From positions 186,001 to 250,000 of the forward strand of contig NIVC01000822.1 in NCBI GenBank assembly GCA_002269645.1: a stretch of 64,000 nucleotides of DNA. The letters are read 5' to 3'. The position numbers were made by a program, and so were the translations under genes. Origin of the DNA: Macrostomum lignano. Lineage: Eukaryota. The notes beneath the pieces are model-generated. The model was not told the origin of the DNA. It ran no database searches and saw nothing but the letters and a program-made list of their open reading frames with translations. Below, piece by piece: positions 35,826 through 47,075 of the stretch (position 1 is the first letter of the stretch; every line of letters begins with the position of its first letter).

Positions 35826-36935
35826 TTGATTTTGTGAATGGCACGCCTGCATGCTATTTACATCAGCTGTGTTCAGGCTTACTTAGGTACCTTCTAAGGC
35901 AATTGCTGCTACCACCTGCTCAACGACCTGACCCAGCATGCAGAAGGACACCTGACACTTATCGACAAGTCGGTTCGATTTGTAATTTGCTGAACGAAAT
36001 ACGGGTGCCACAATGTATCCAGCGTGGTAATCCATGTCATCTAAAATAATTATCAAACTTCCGTGGCCATGAATTTGAAATGTGGCTCTTAGCATTCGGC
36101 CCAATGACGCTACAGAACTTTCTTCCGACTGAGTACTACAGTCACCTAGTTCTCTTGTCATCTGCTGTTTTTTGGATGTCATTCCTCGGTGCACCACTGA
36201 GTGAGATGCGGCATGTAAGAATATCACTTAAGCAATTTCTCCATAGCATGAATACGTTATACTCAAAACGAGCGCTTTCTTATAATGCCCATCATGTATG
36301 TACGCACATGATTTCGTCGGTGGAATCGGCTGGTCCAATACATTTACTATCGGCATCGTTATTCGAGACAATGCATGGACGACTGGCTGCCCGTATCAGA
36401 AGAAGGCGAAACATTGACGTTGAAATTGCTAACATCATTGAAAATGAAATTGCCGTGGCACAGGCGCAGTCTATGATGATAGAGGCGAATTCCAAAGGTC
36501 TCGACCAAAAAAGGCGAATCGAACTGTGCACCACAGACAACGTGATTCTCCGTAGATCGATGGCGACAGCAAACGCGTGCTCGGAAGAATGGGACGCAGC
36601 ACATCTATCTAGTGGATTCATTGATAAGCTACATGTAGCTAAGCCTTGAATTCTTAAAAAAAATATCCTGTCAAACTTCTAACCCTAACCTAATGTTATG
36701 TTATGATAGACTCATAGACTCATTCTCTGTGTGTTTGATTTATGTCTATGGACACGACTAATAAACGAGTGTTAAAGAGCACTTATAACTACACAGCTGC
36801 TCTATATCCATACAAGCATCTGGAAACATAAGACTTCTGTGTCGCAACACAACATGGTGTCAGAGGTGCACTTGTGAAGAGCTCTGGATTTGAATTGTCA
36901 AACGCAGTACTGTGCTCAACTGGATCTGGATTCAA

Positions 36936-39900
36936 ATGGATGGCGGGCTCAAACCCCCAAAGCCATTCTGCTTTGATGAGCACAAGGCGGAAAACTGGAG
37001 TAAATGGATTTCTGCGTTCGAGCTCTATATGACTGCAACCAAGCGTGACGAATCACCGGCTAAAGTGCAAATAGCGACACTGCTAACAGCCATCGGAGAA
37101 GAAGGTCGTGAGATTTATTCAACTTTCGAGAAATCGGAAGGAGACGAAGAGCTGTCGAAAGTGACGAAACTGTTCGAAGAATATTGCAAGCCGAGTGCGA
37201 ACGAAACTTTCGAGCGCTACAAATTTCGGCAACGCAGGCAGAACGAGCATGAGAGCATTGACTCATTCGTCAGCGGCCTGAAACAACTTATCAAGACATG
37301 CTCATTCGAGAAGCCAGCCTACGAATTGACGGTGAACGAATCAATAATCAGAGATCAGATTGTCCTCGGAATCAGAGACACAGAGTTGCGAGAACGGCTT
37401 CTACGTGAGCAGGAGTTGACGCTAGATAAGGCTATATCTATCTGCCGTGCAAGTGAATCATCAAAGACCCAAGTGCGGATCATGACGGGAAACACCTCCG
37501 GAGAGATTTCGAAATACATCCAGAAAGAAGTCAATTCTGTTGTCGCTCGCTCAACGACAACAGACTCTGACCGACTGATTATTTACAGACTGTGGACTCT
37601 CAGTCAGCGCTTGGGGTGGGGTACTTGTCTGGTGAGGGTTTGCGTACATCGCTGCTATTTCTCGTTCCCTCGTGCAAGCCTATTTTCTGTCACCCGCTCA
37701 ACCTCGCTCAACAGGCAGACCAGATCTCAAGTACAAGGAGAGACGACCGAACAAAAGGTTTGGGTCCAATGGAAAGCCGATGGTAGGAAAGTCGGAGGGT
37801 TGCTCATTCTGTGGTAAGAAACACAAGAAAGGTTCATGCCCTGCATATGGCAAGACGTGCAAATCTTGCGGAAAGCAAAACCACTTCAGCAACGTTTGTC
37901 GGAATAAGACCGTAAGAGCCTTGGATCGAAATACAAATGAAAGCTCAGAATCTGATCGTCAAGATTCGTGGGTCATGTCAGCATCTCTGCGACCGGGTGG
38001 CAACGACAGAGACAGTAGAACAACTGTTGGTATCAAAATCGAAGGTCAGCTGGTGAATTGCAAATGCGACACAGGAGAGGACGCAAATGTACTCCCTGAA
38101 CATCTGCTTAGGCGGATTGCACCAAACACGTCGATACAAGCAACGTCTTGCAGACTCTTTTGCTATAAAAGGTCGCGCCTAACAGTCGCAGGGAAGGTAC
38201 AATTGAAACTGGAATATGAAGGAGTCAAGCATGAAAATGAATTTATTGTGATTAAAGAGAGGCTCATTACACTCATCGGATGGAAAACTGCAGAAGAGAT
38301 AGGCCTGGTGAAATTCAACTTCGGAGTTTCTGTTCAACCTGAAGGGTTTAAGTCCACGTGGACAGATGAAAGATTTCTTCGAGAGTATCCCGATGTCTTT
38401 GAAGGAACAGGTTGCTTACCTGGGAGTTATCACATCAGCCTGCGCGATGACAAAGAATCTTGGACGGATCGCCCTCGAAGAATCCCGTTTGCAGCAATGC
38501 AACCTTTGAAGGCTGAATTAGATCGCCTGGTTTCGGATGGACTCATCACCAAGTGTGATGAGCCCACGAAGTACGTTTCAAATGTGGTCGTCGTCTGGAA
38601 GGCAGACAAGACTATACGTCTTTGCCTAGACCCTCAGCATCTGAATGCCAACATAATGATAGAGCAGTATCAGATACCGTCTTATGACGAAATTATTGCA
38701 GAAATCGGAAACGCTGCTCTGTTCTCAACTTTTGATGCGACTGCGAGTTTTCACCAGATTGCATTGGATTATGAAAGTTCGTTGATGACGTGCTTTCACA
38801 CACCTTTTGGACGATATCGTTGGCTGAGAATGCCCTATGGAATTTGTTCCGCATCGGAAGTCTACCAGAAGCGAGTTCGGGAGGAGATCTCGGACAAGAT
38901 CAGAAACTGCAACAATTTTATTGACGACTTCATTGTATGGGGCAAGACTGTTGAAGAACACGATGAAGCTGTGAAGCAGCTTATGGAAATGTGCCGTGCG
39001 AAGAATTTGCGACTGAATTATAAAAAGCGGAAAGTCGGATTGAAGGAGTTGAAATTCCTCGGCAACATACTTTCGCACACCGGAATTAAAGTCGACCCAG
39101 ACAAAGTAAAAGCAATGCGCGATATGCCCTGACCAGATACTCTATCCGGCAATGAGAGAAAGCAGCAACTTATGCGATTTCTAGGATGTGCAAATTTTTT
39201 GTCCAAATTCATTTCGGATCTGTCATCTAAGGCAGCACCGCTACGCACATTGCTAACGAAGAATGCTCAGTGGAACTGGACAAATGAACACGAAAAAGCG
39301 TACGAATCAATTTTGCAGAGTCTTTGCGACACACCAGTCTTAGCTCGCTATAACCCGAATGCACCACTTACTCTGTCAGTCGATGCTAGTCAACACGGTC
39401 TCGGAGCAACTATCCTGCAAGATGGACACCCGCTGGAATACGCTTCGTCATCACTGACGCCATCCCAACGGAAGTATGCTCAGATCGAAAAGGAACTTTT
39501 GGCTATTGTGTTTGGCTGCAAGCGATTCCACCAGTACGTCTGGGGACACAAGGTAACGGTCGAGAGCGACCACAAGCCGCTAGAGAACATCTTCCGGAAG
39601 CCAATTTCAACTCTTACAGCAAGATTGCAGAGACTGATGCTACTAGTTCAGAAGTACGACCTGCACATTATATACGTTCCCGGTAAAGACTTGCACATTC
39701 CAGACACTCTAAGCCGCGCTTTCTTAAAGAACGTACATGCCTCTAAACAACTCGAAGATGACATCGAAGGTCACGTGCTCGGTGTTAGAATGTCGGTTGG
39801 ATTCCCAGAACTGATGCAGAAACTGGAAAATGAAACGGCAAAGGACTCAACACTGCAACAACTCGCTGAGATCATCGGTGTTGGTTGGCCTCACCACAGA

Positions 39901-40809
39901 AGCCAGCTCGTGACTGAGCTTCGTTGTTTCTGGAACGTCAGACATGATCTGACTGCGCATGGCAATCTGATCTGGATGAAGAACCGAATAGTCGTTCCAA
40001 ACTCAATGAGAATGGAAGTGCTACAGAAGCTGCATACTGGACACCCTGAAATTGTGAAGGCAAGCTTAAAGGCGTCAGAGAGCGTCTACTGGCCTGGAAT
40101 TAGATGTGATATTCAAGAAATGACTTCAGCGTGCATTGCCTGCCAGGAAAGCCAAAGAAAGCCACAGAAGGAACCGATGGTGGCTCAGTGCCTACCGGAC
40201 TACCCATTTCAGGAATGTGGCACGGATATTTTCCATATTGACGGGAAGAATTTCCTGATATATGTTGATAAATACAGTCGGATGATCGAATACGCTAGGA
40301 TCAACAATACTTCAGCTGCCTCTGTGATTCCCCAACTAAAGAAGTATTTCCAGACCTATGGAGTTTGCGAGATTTTAAGATCTGACAATGGACCTCCATT
40401 CTCGGGAAGAGAATTTGGTCGTTTCGCGAAAGAGTACGGCTTCAAGCATGCTACATCATCGCCGAAGTACAGCCAGTCCAACGGATTAGCGGAAAGAGGC
40501 GTTCAAACGATCAAGAATATTTTAAAGAAGGTTCTGAAGAGCAATGAAGGCGAGCACATGGCACTGCTGCATTACAAGAACACTCCTATCGAGCATGGAA
40601 TGCCATCACCCGCTGAGCTAGTCTTTGGACACAAACTGCGCTATGATTTGCCGATCCCAAAAGCAGATCTAATTCCTAGACAGGTCATGTCCAGGAAAGT
40701 ACTGCAGAAGCTAAAGGACCAGCAGAACAAGGCCGAAGAATATTACAACCGTGGATCTAAGGAGAGGAGAGAATTTGGTTGTGGAGAAAAGGTTTGGATG
40801 CAAGAATAA
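36936..40809 (+). pseudogene. gag-pol: Single gag-pol ORF of gypsy B, broken by a 157-bp insertion and a TGA at 39130-39132
   Basis: CSFCGKKH..CPAYGKTCKSCGKQNHF, CDTG protease, RLCLDPQHLN, FIDD RT, VDASQHGLGA RNase H, H..H..CIAC, GTDIF, SDNG, NGLAER integrase. Confidence 0.9.
37556..37702. mobile_element. 147-bp insertion of unknown class with a 10-bp target-site duplication
   Basis: CTCGCTCAAC at 37546-37555 and 37703-37712; removing the insert and one copy restores gag (VARSTGRPDLKY). Confidence 0.75.
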
Positions 40810-43800
40810 ACACGACGATGGCAGCCAGCAGAAGTGCACACGAGAGTGAATGACCGTTCTTATATAGTTCGCGATGAACAAGGAAAGCTACTACGTCGGA
40901 ACAAATCGTTTTTGACTCAACGGACTGGAGCACAGAAGAAATCGCTGTTCCACAAAGAGAAACCCTTGAAGACGCATTCGGAAAGGAAACTACCGCACCA
41001 CTGAAAGCTTCTCAAAGTCAACCGGATAAGCACGAAGCAGTGGAGGAAAATATAGGCAGCAAACCATCAGCACAAGCACCTAATGCACAACAATGTCAGT
41101 CACCTAGGACGACAAATGGCTATACAACACGGAGTGGACGTGTGGTGAAGCCAGTCGTGCGATTTCAGGCACATTGACTAATGAAAAGGTGTCAGTGTAG
41201 AACAGAACTTCCGGAGAGAGGATTTATTTTACTTACACATAGGAATCCCTCTGAAGAAGGGAGATGTTATGTTATAATAGACTCATAGACTCATTCTCTG
41301 TGTGTTTGATTTATGTCTATGGACACGACTAATAAACGAGTGTTAAAGAGCACTTATAACTACACAGCTGCTCTATATCCATACAAGCATCTGGAAACAT
41401 AAGACTTCTGTGTCGCAACACAACACTAACCATAGCCCTAAATTTAATATTTTGTTCACGAGTTTTTGCATGATGCTTTCATGATTTTTTGCCACTTGTA
41501 CAGACTCAAACTCAAATATTCGGCGGCAGCAGTCGGCGCAGCGGCAGTCGGCGCGGCGGCGGTCGGCGTGGCGGCTGGCAGCGCGGCAGTGGCGGCCCAC
41601 GTGGAAAGAGCAGTGAGTACCATCACAAGACACTGTAAATCTTGAGCTTTGAGTACATTCGAGTATAGTCCTAAATTTTTTTTAATTGTAGCCTGTTACT
41701 GACTTTTATGCTACTCGTATTATTACTGATAAATTTGCAAAAATGTTCCTCTCTTTTAATTGCCAGTCGTTTGATCTTTCTGTGGAGGCCGCCACCGCGT
41801 TGCCAGCTGCAACGCTATGAAGGCCGCCGCCCGCCAATTACAGCAGCAACAGCAGCTGGAGCAACAGCAGCCGCAGAAACAGCAGAATGGAAATTTTTTT
41901 TTGGTTGCAATTTGATTTTTTCGTTAAAATGTTTCCTTTGATGAGGACGCACTTTTTTTCCAAACAAGTACGTCCTCAACATGGACTTGGACTCCACATT
42001 TTCAACATGGTGGCCGAATCTAACCCAGCGGCTAGCGCCGCTGCAGCTGAGCAACCCAGGCCGGGCGGTACTCTACTTGGCCCAACTGCTCACTTTCCCC
42101 TGGCCGGCAGCTGTCGACTACGGCCTCTCCCCTGCGGTGGCGGCTAACATCGTCTCCATGCTGAGCCGACACGAGGTCCATCTGACGGCCCTGCAGATGG
42201 CGATGTACGCCAGACTTGTGCTGGGCCTGCGAGGCACCAACGTCATCGTCTTCCACGATAGGATGTTCGCTCTAGCCACCGACCTAACGCAAGCGCTGTA
42301 CGTCTGTACGTTCCATTATAATGGAACAATCAGAAAATTCGGCGCTCATTTTAACAAATCGGCTCAGCCAATCAGAATCGACGTGTTCCATTATAACAAA
42401 CTGCGGTCCAGTTGGCGGCTATTTAAACCGGTGTTTTTGGCCCGCTCGGACTCCAACTTGCTCGGGCCCAGCACGAAACTTCTGGTTCCCGCAGCGCGAC
42501 CGTCGTTTCTTGATCCCCGGATTGCGACTTCCCCCTATCATCATCAAGGACAAACCCCCGGTCATCAGCAGCGAACATCAAACGAAGAGCATCACCTGCT
42601 AGCTATCTGCGAAGACTGTGACAGCATCATCCGGAGTCTACAGCTACACAGCATCAAGCCGATTCGGTCACTGTGGATTACCTGATCTCCGGCTGTTGAG
42701 TTTCTGATTGGTTGGGTGAGGGGCTACTTGGACTTGCTTGATTGGGTGATCTCCTATCTGTCCCCTGTTTCAGTAGCTGAATTAGGCGCACACTTTTGCT
42801 CATTTTGTTCAGTAGTGCTGTTGCTGAGGCAGAAGTCATTTAATAATACTGCTAGTAGTCTAAAACTCTAATTCAATCTGAAGTGCGAAGTGATCTAAGG
42901 AGAAGGTTAAATCTAACAGCTATTTTATCGGTTTTATTTCTTTGTTCGCCGATGGCTCAGATGAGTAGCTAAGCTAGTAGGCGCCGGTCACAGTGGACCA
43001 ATGGCAAGGCAGTTCTCAGTCGATCAATCTATCAAATCAGTGAGAAAAATTGCCAATAGTGCAAAATCGGCGCTAGAGATGTACCCTGTGCACTCTAGAC
43101 TCGCCAAGCGGCTCAGGTAATGAATCATGCGGTCTCTGATGTTCGAGTTAGCCTATCATCAGCGCTAGCAGAGGCTGGTTGGCGCGTTGAAGGCCAAAAG
43201 TACATATCTTCTTATTTAGCAATGTAATAGTAGATGTAGCTACCCCATAGTCTCACCACTGCAAGAATCCCCTGCACAAGTCCCCTCTGTACCTGCATGG
43301 CCAATGCGATCCAGTCCCAGCAGTGTCCCTTAACATCGGCTATGACTTCGAGATTGACAGCAAAAAGACACTAGTTGGCAGGTAAGTGCAAAGCCCCCTC
43401 TAGTCGGAAGCCCGATTTCGAGAGTCCCGGTGTGGTGAGCCCGGACGTACGGGCTGGTGGCAGCGAGTTAGCTAATCTGCGGATTAACTAATTTCTACCT
43501 TCAAAATTCTCCCTGCTTGTCTCTCGCTGTCCCTCTCTTAGCTATAGGACCTAGACTGCTCGCCACACGATCAAGCTACCATGGGGCTGACCATCTGACA
43601 GGAGTGGGGGCCGGAAGGTCGAAACCCATCACCCTGTTAAAATGGAGAAAAACCTGTCCGCCGCCTATCTCGACAGTGTATTTTTGCCGCAGTCAGAGCT
43701 CAATATGTCTATGGTCTGAGTCTCTTTCGTCATTCGGCATTTCGATTTTATTACCAGTGGTTGGCCTCGAGTGGAATAGTATATTATAATATAATATAAT

Positions 43801-43939
43801 GCTTGCAGTAAGGATTCATCGTGTCAATGGTCTGAATCTTTCCAGTCAAACCTGCGGCCATCGGTCGGCTAAAGCAAGAGGCTAAATCAAAAGACTTTTG
43901 TTGCTCGAGACTTTTGTGCTTATGCCAGATCGCTTTTTT

Positions 43940-44300
43940 GCTTTTGGATCGGTTTTGATCTTTTTTCTATATTGTTTTTCTGGATCGACAACGTTTTCGA
44001 CCACTGCTTCGTTTCTTCCTTCCTGATCGACAACAGTTTACAACCCGGATACACAGCTTTCCGTTTTGAGTGTTTCGGTTTGTTTCTTCCTTCCTGATCG
44101 ACAGCGTTTCGTTTTGAGTGTTTCGGTTCGTTTCTTCCTTCCTGATCGACAACTGTTTACAACTCGGATCGACAGCGTTCCGTTTTGAGCGTTTGGTTTG
44201 TTCCGTCCTGACTGACCGACAACTGTTTACAACTCGGATCGACAACGTTCGGTTAGATTTCGGATCGTTTTTGAGACGGCTTTTTTGCCCGGACCGGTTT
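43940..44300. repeat. Imperfect tandem repeats (gatcgacaac / gtttacaactcggat / ttttgagtgtttcggtt)
   Basis: Directly visible; resembles a DNA-transposon subterminus. Confidence 0.75.
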
Positions 44301-44446
44301 TTATAAACGGCTGGTGCAGTTAGGCAATATGCCTAAAAGAAAGAGAAAGAGTGCTGAGCAGAGGAGTCGGGAAGCGAAATTGCGACGTCATAAAGAGAGT
44401 GAAGTTAATCGAGACAACTCGTAAAGGCTAGGTAATTTCCCGGTCC

Positions 44447-44688
44447 AAAGTTTCGCTTGTCGACGACTCTGGTTTTTGGTGTCCTGCACTATTTGGGGTT
44501 CTGCTACTGGCCAGGTGGAGTCCATGAGCGAGGGTGATATCTTGGCAATCAAAGGCGCCAAAATCCAAGAGTACGCCGGCTCAATCTGTCTCGGCTGCTC
44601 TGAATCCAAGCTGACTCTAAACCCAGATGATGCGGATGCTCGTGGCATTCGCGAATGGTACACGCTGGCGCGGCCTAACGGGAATTAA
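44447..44688 (+). pseudogene. Replication protein A 70-kDa subunit (OB-fold DBD-B)-like fragment
   Basis: KVSLVDDSG, 1-nt shift in a T run, then VSCTIWG...ILAIKGAKIQEYAG...LNPDDADARGIREWY, matching the RPA70 pattern TLWG..VLAIKGARVSDFGG..NPDIPEAYKLRGWF. Confidence 0.75.
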
Positions 44689-44689
44689 A

Positions 44690-45075
44690 TCTGCTTGAAT
44701 CTTCGCTGGGCCAAAATTCTTTAAAGTGCCGCTAAGATTCCGTACGCATGCAGTGGCAGTGTCCTGTGACACACAATAAATGTATTTAAGAATCAGATTT
44801 GCCGCTGACGACAGGCGATTCTTCCGGTTTTTATGGCGCGGACTCGAGGCAGATCGTGATGTGGAGCTGAAGGTGTACGAGTTCCGAAGCGTCGTCTTTG
44901 GTGTAAACTGTCCACCATTCTTGGCCAATGGCGGCGAGGACTGTGTTGCGTTCTACGTACATGGACGATAGCTTAGATTCAGCAAAGGATGTGCGTCAAG
45001 CGATCAAATTGTACGAACAGCTGACTGAGCTGTGGAGCAGAGCAGGGATGAGAGCAGGGCTTTTACTGCAGGGCT
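44690..45075 (+). pseudogene. BEL/Pao retrotransposon reverse-transcriptase fragment
   Basis: GP...LRFRTHAVAVSCD..MYLRI...DRRFFRFLWR...[17 protein letters not shown], then [17 protein letters not shown]. Confidence 0.8.
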
Positions 45076-45289
45076 GTGGCGCAGACCATTGACAGGAGGA
45101 TCGTGTACCCAACTGACGAAGGAGAGCCGCGTACAGCTGAGGCTTATAGCGAAGGAGGGTGAGAAAATGTTTTTGCAATTGCCTTTTATTTTTCTTATAA
45201 TTATGTCCAATAATCTCATGTGTGAACATCTTGTCTGATAATCTCACTTTGATAATTCTTCTTACCTCACAGAGAGTCAAATCAGCGAG

Positions 45290-46240
45290 CTGGGCCCAGT
45301 CCCCTGATGCTACTTAAAGGACTCGACTTTTCCAAGTGTATTTCGCCCGATTTTATGCACCTGGTCTGCAATGGAACAGTCCAAAAGTTGTTCCATTTCC
45401 TCTTTGCCACTGATAACGGTCGGCACTGCAAAATACGCCTGCTGAAATTACGGCTCTGTCTGACGATATAGCCAAGTACGCCCCTTACACTCCGTCTAAT
45501 TTCCAGCGGCGCCCTCGGCGAATTGACAAGGAGTTAGCCCACTGCAAAGCGACCAAGCTGAAAAAATTTCTGCTCTACTTCGGAGCATATCTATTTCGCC
45601 AATATCTTCCTGACAGGCTTTTCAAACATTTTCTGCTTCTGCACTTCGCCATCTATGTTCTGATGTCATCGGAGCTGTGCAAGAATCCGGAAAAATTTAA
45701 CTACGCGGAACCTGCGTCAAGAAGTTCGTCGGAGAAGTGCAGGAGCTATACGGAGACTTAATTATGAGTAATAACACACACGTGTTACTGCATCTGCCGC
45801 TATTCGTGCAGCAACTCGGACCTCTGAGCAATTTTTCCGCCTTTCCGTTCGAGAATTATTTGTCCCACCTCAAAGGGCCAGGGCGGCTCAGGTTGACCCG
45901 ATTTGCTACTTCCCACTTGTTGACGCAAATGCTCAATGTCCGCGAATCGCTTACTAAGAAGCTCACTTCGACACTTCAATACAGCTGCAAAGCACGCGAC
46001 AACTGCTGCTTCATTGGAGACAATGTTGTGCGCATCACCAGTGTCTGCGATGGCAAGGTGACTGGCGTTGTTCTGTCGTTGCTAGACTACCTTTATGTTT
46101 ATCCCTACCCATCGTCGCTTATCCGAATGTGTTTCTATGCTGAATCCCGACGCACAATGTTGAGAACGCCCACAAAGAAATGCATTATTCTTCCGCACTC
46201 GAGTTGTCACCTCATTGTGCCACTCACGAGCTCTGATTAA
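45290..46240 (+). pseudogene. C-terminal fragment of a more distant CACTA/EnSpm transposase
   Basis: PDFMHLVCNG, FQRRPRRIDKELAHCKAT..FLLYFG, NNTHVLLHL..VQQLGPLSNFSAFPFENYL. Confidence 0.85.
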
Positions 46241-46844
46241 GTTAACCTAAAGTTTACTTAAACTTCGAACTAAATTTAGGGCTCTCAATTCGAATTAAAA
46301 GGCACCCCATAGATCTGGGAGACTGGGACGGGCTCATTTGTCGATGCTATGTTGTACTGCTATGTTGTATATTGCTTGTACATTGTTGTACATGCTATGT
46401 TGATGCTATGTTTTACATTCTTAGACAGCATAAAGAATTGGCCTATTTATATAAATAAGTTTGATTCTCTAAATTAGAGAAGATAACAAATATTGTACAG
46501 TCCTTTCAGATCAATTGAAGCTTTGTGACAGAATGACTATGCTTAAAAAGTCTATTTACTGCCACTATCATGAAATATGCAATAAAATCACCTGAATTTT
46601 AATCGATAAAAATATATACATTCAACCCGCCGCGATTAAATGGCAAAATGCAAAATTTTGCTTGTGATCACACATACAATTTGTACATTCTTTTTATTGA
46701 TCCCTTTATGCATAATTCATGAGCAGTTGCTCAATTTATGGTGATGTAAATGATATTTAGAGCATTTTAAAATGTTTGTTTTGATTGATAATTTGTTAAA
46801 TATTGTCCAAACAATTTTCTTGTTTTTACTCATCATAAGCTACA

Positions 46845-47075
46845 ATGCCAAAGAAAATAAACCGCAAAGAAAATCTCCAGTCAATGTATGCTATGTGTCT
46901 TCAAAGAGAGCGTGGCCCTTCGACGGAGCATCAGATTGAACTGATTCAAACAACAGTGTACGAAGGCTTCAAGGAAGAGCAATAATATCTTCCATCTGGC
47001 ATATGTGACGGCTGCAGAAGGAAGCTTTCATCCTTGTCCTGCCCAGATTCGCGACCTATTTCAGTCCTACTGGCG
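46845..47075 (+). pseudogene. Possible Chapaev-like transposase N-terminal zinc-finger remnant
   Basis: MPKKINRKENLQSMYAMCLQR...IELIQTTVYEGF...*YLPSGICDGCRRKL. Confidence 0.35.

Larger units (their letters stand above)
31128..36649 (+). pseudogene. Intronless CACTA/EnSpm transposase, frameshifted and split by a 3.3-kb insertion
   Basis: CCDGIP (D1), FDAPAR (D2), NAHFGCDKC, SPLAQLSGF|DFVNGTPACYLH, FRGHEFEMWLLAFGP, SYNAHH, GPIHLLSASLFE; TATATAAATA ~30-40 nt upstream of the ATG. Confidence 0.88.
36694..41425 (+). mobile_element. Ty3/gypsy LTR retrotransposon B (Mag-like), full length, coding region disrupted
   Basis: 161-bp LTRs 36694-36854 and 41265-41425 (one mismatch seen), TGT...ACA ends, 4-bp TSD CTAA, PBS TGGTGTCAGAGGTG (tRNA-Leu-like), PPT gaagaagggaga. 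Confidence 0.95.

Noticed and set aside
44270-44312. Candidate right TIR for the terminus at 19893
   Set aside because: Only about 14 of 21 positions match, the subterminal motifs differ, and there is no TSD.
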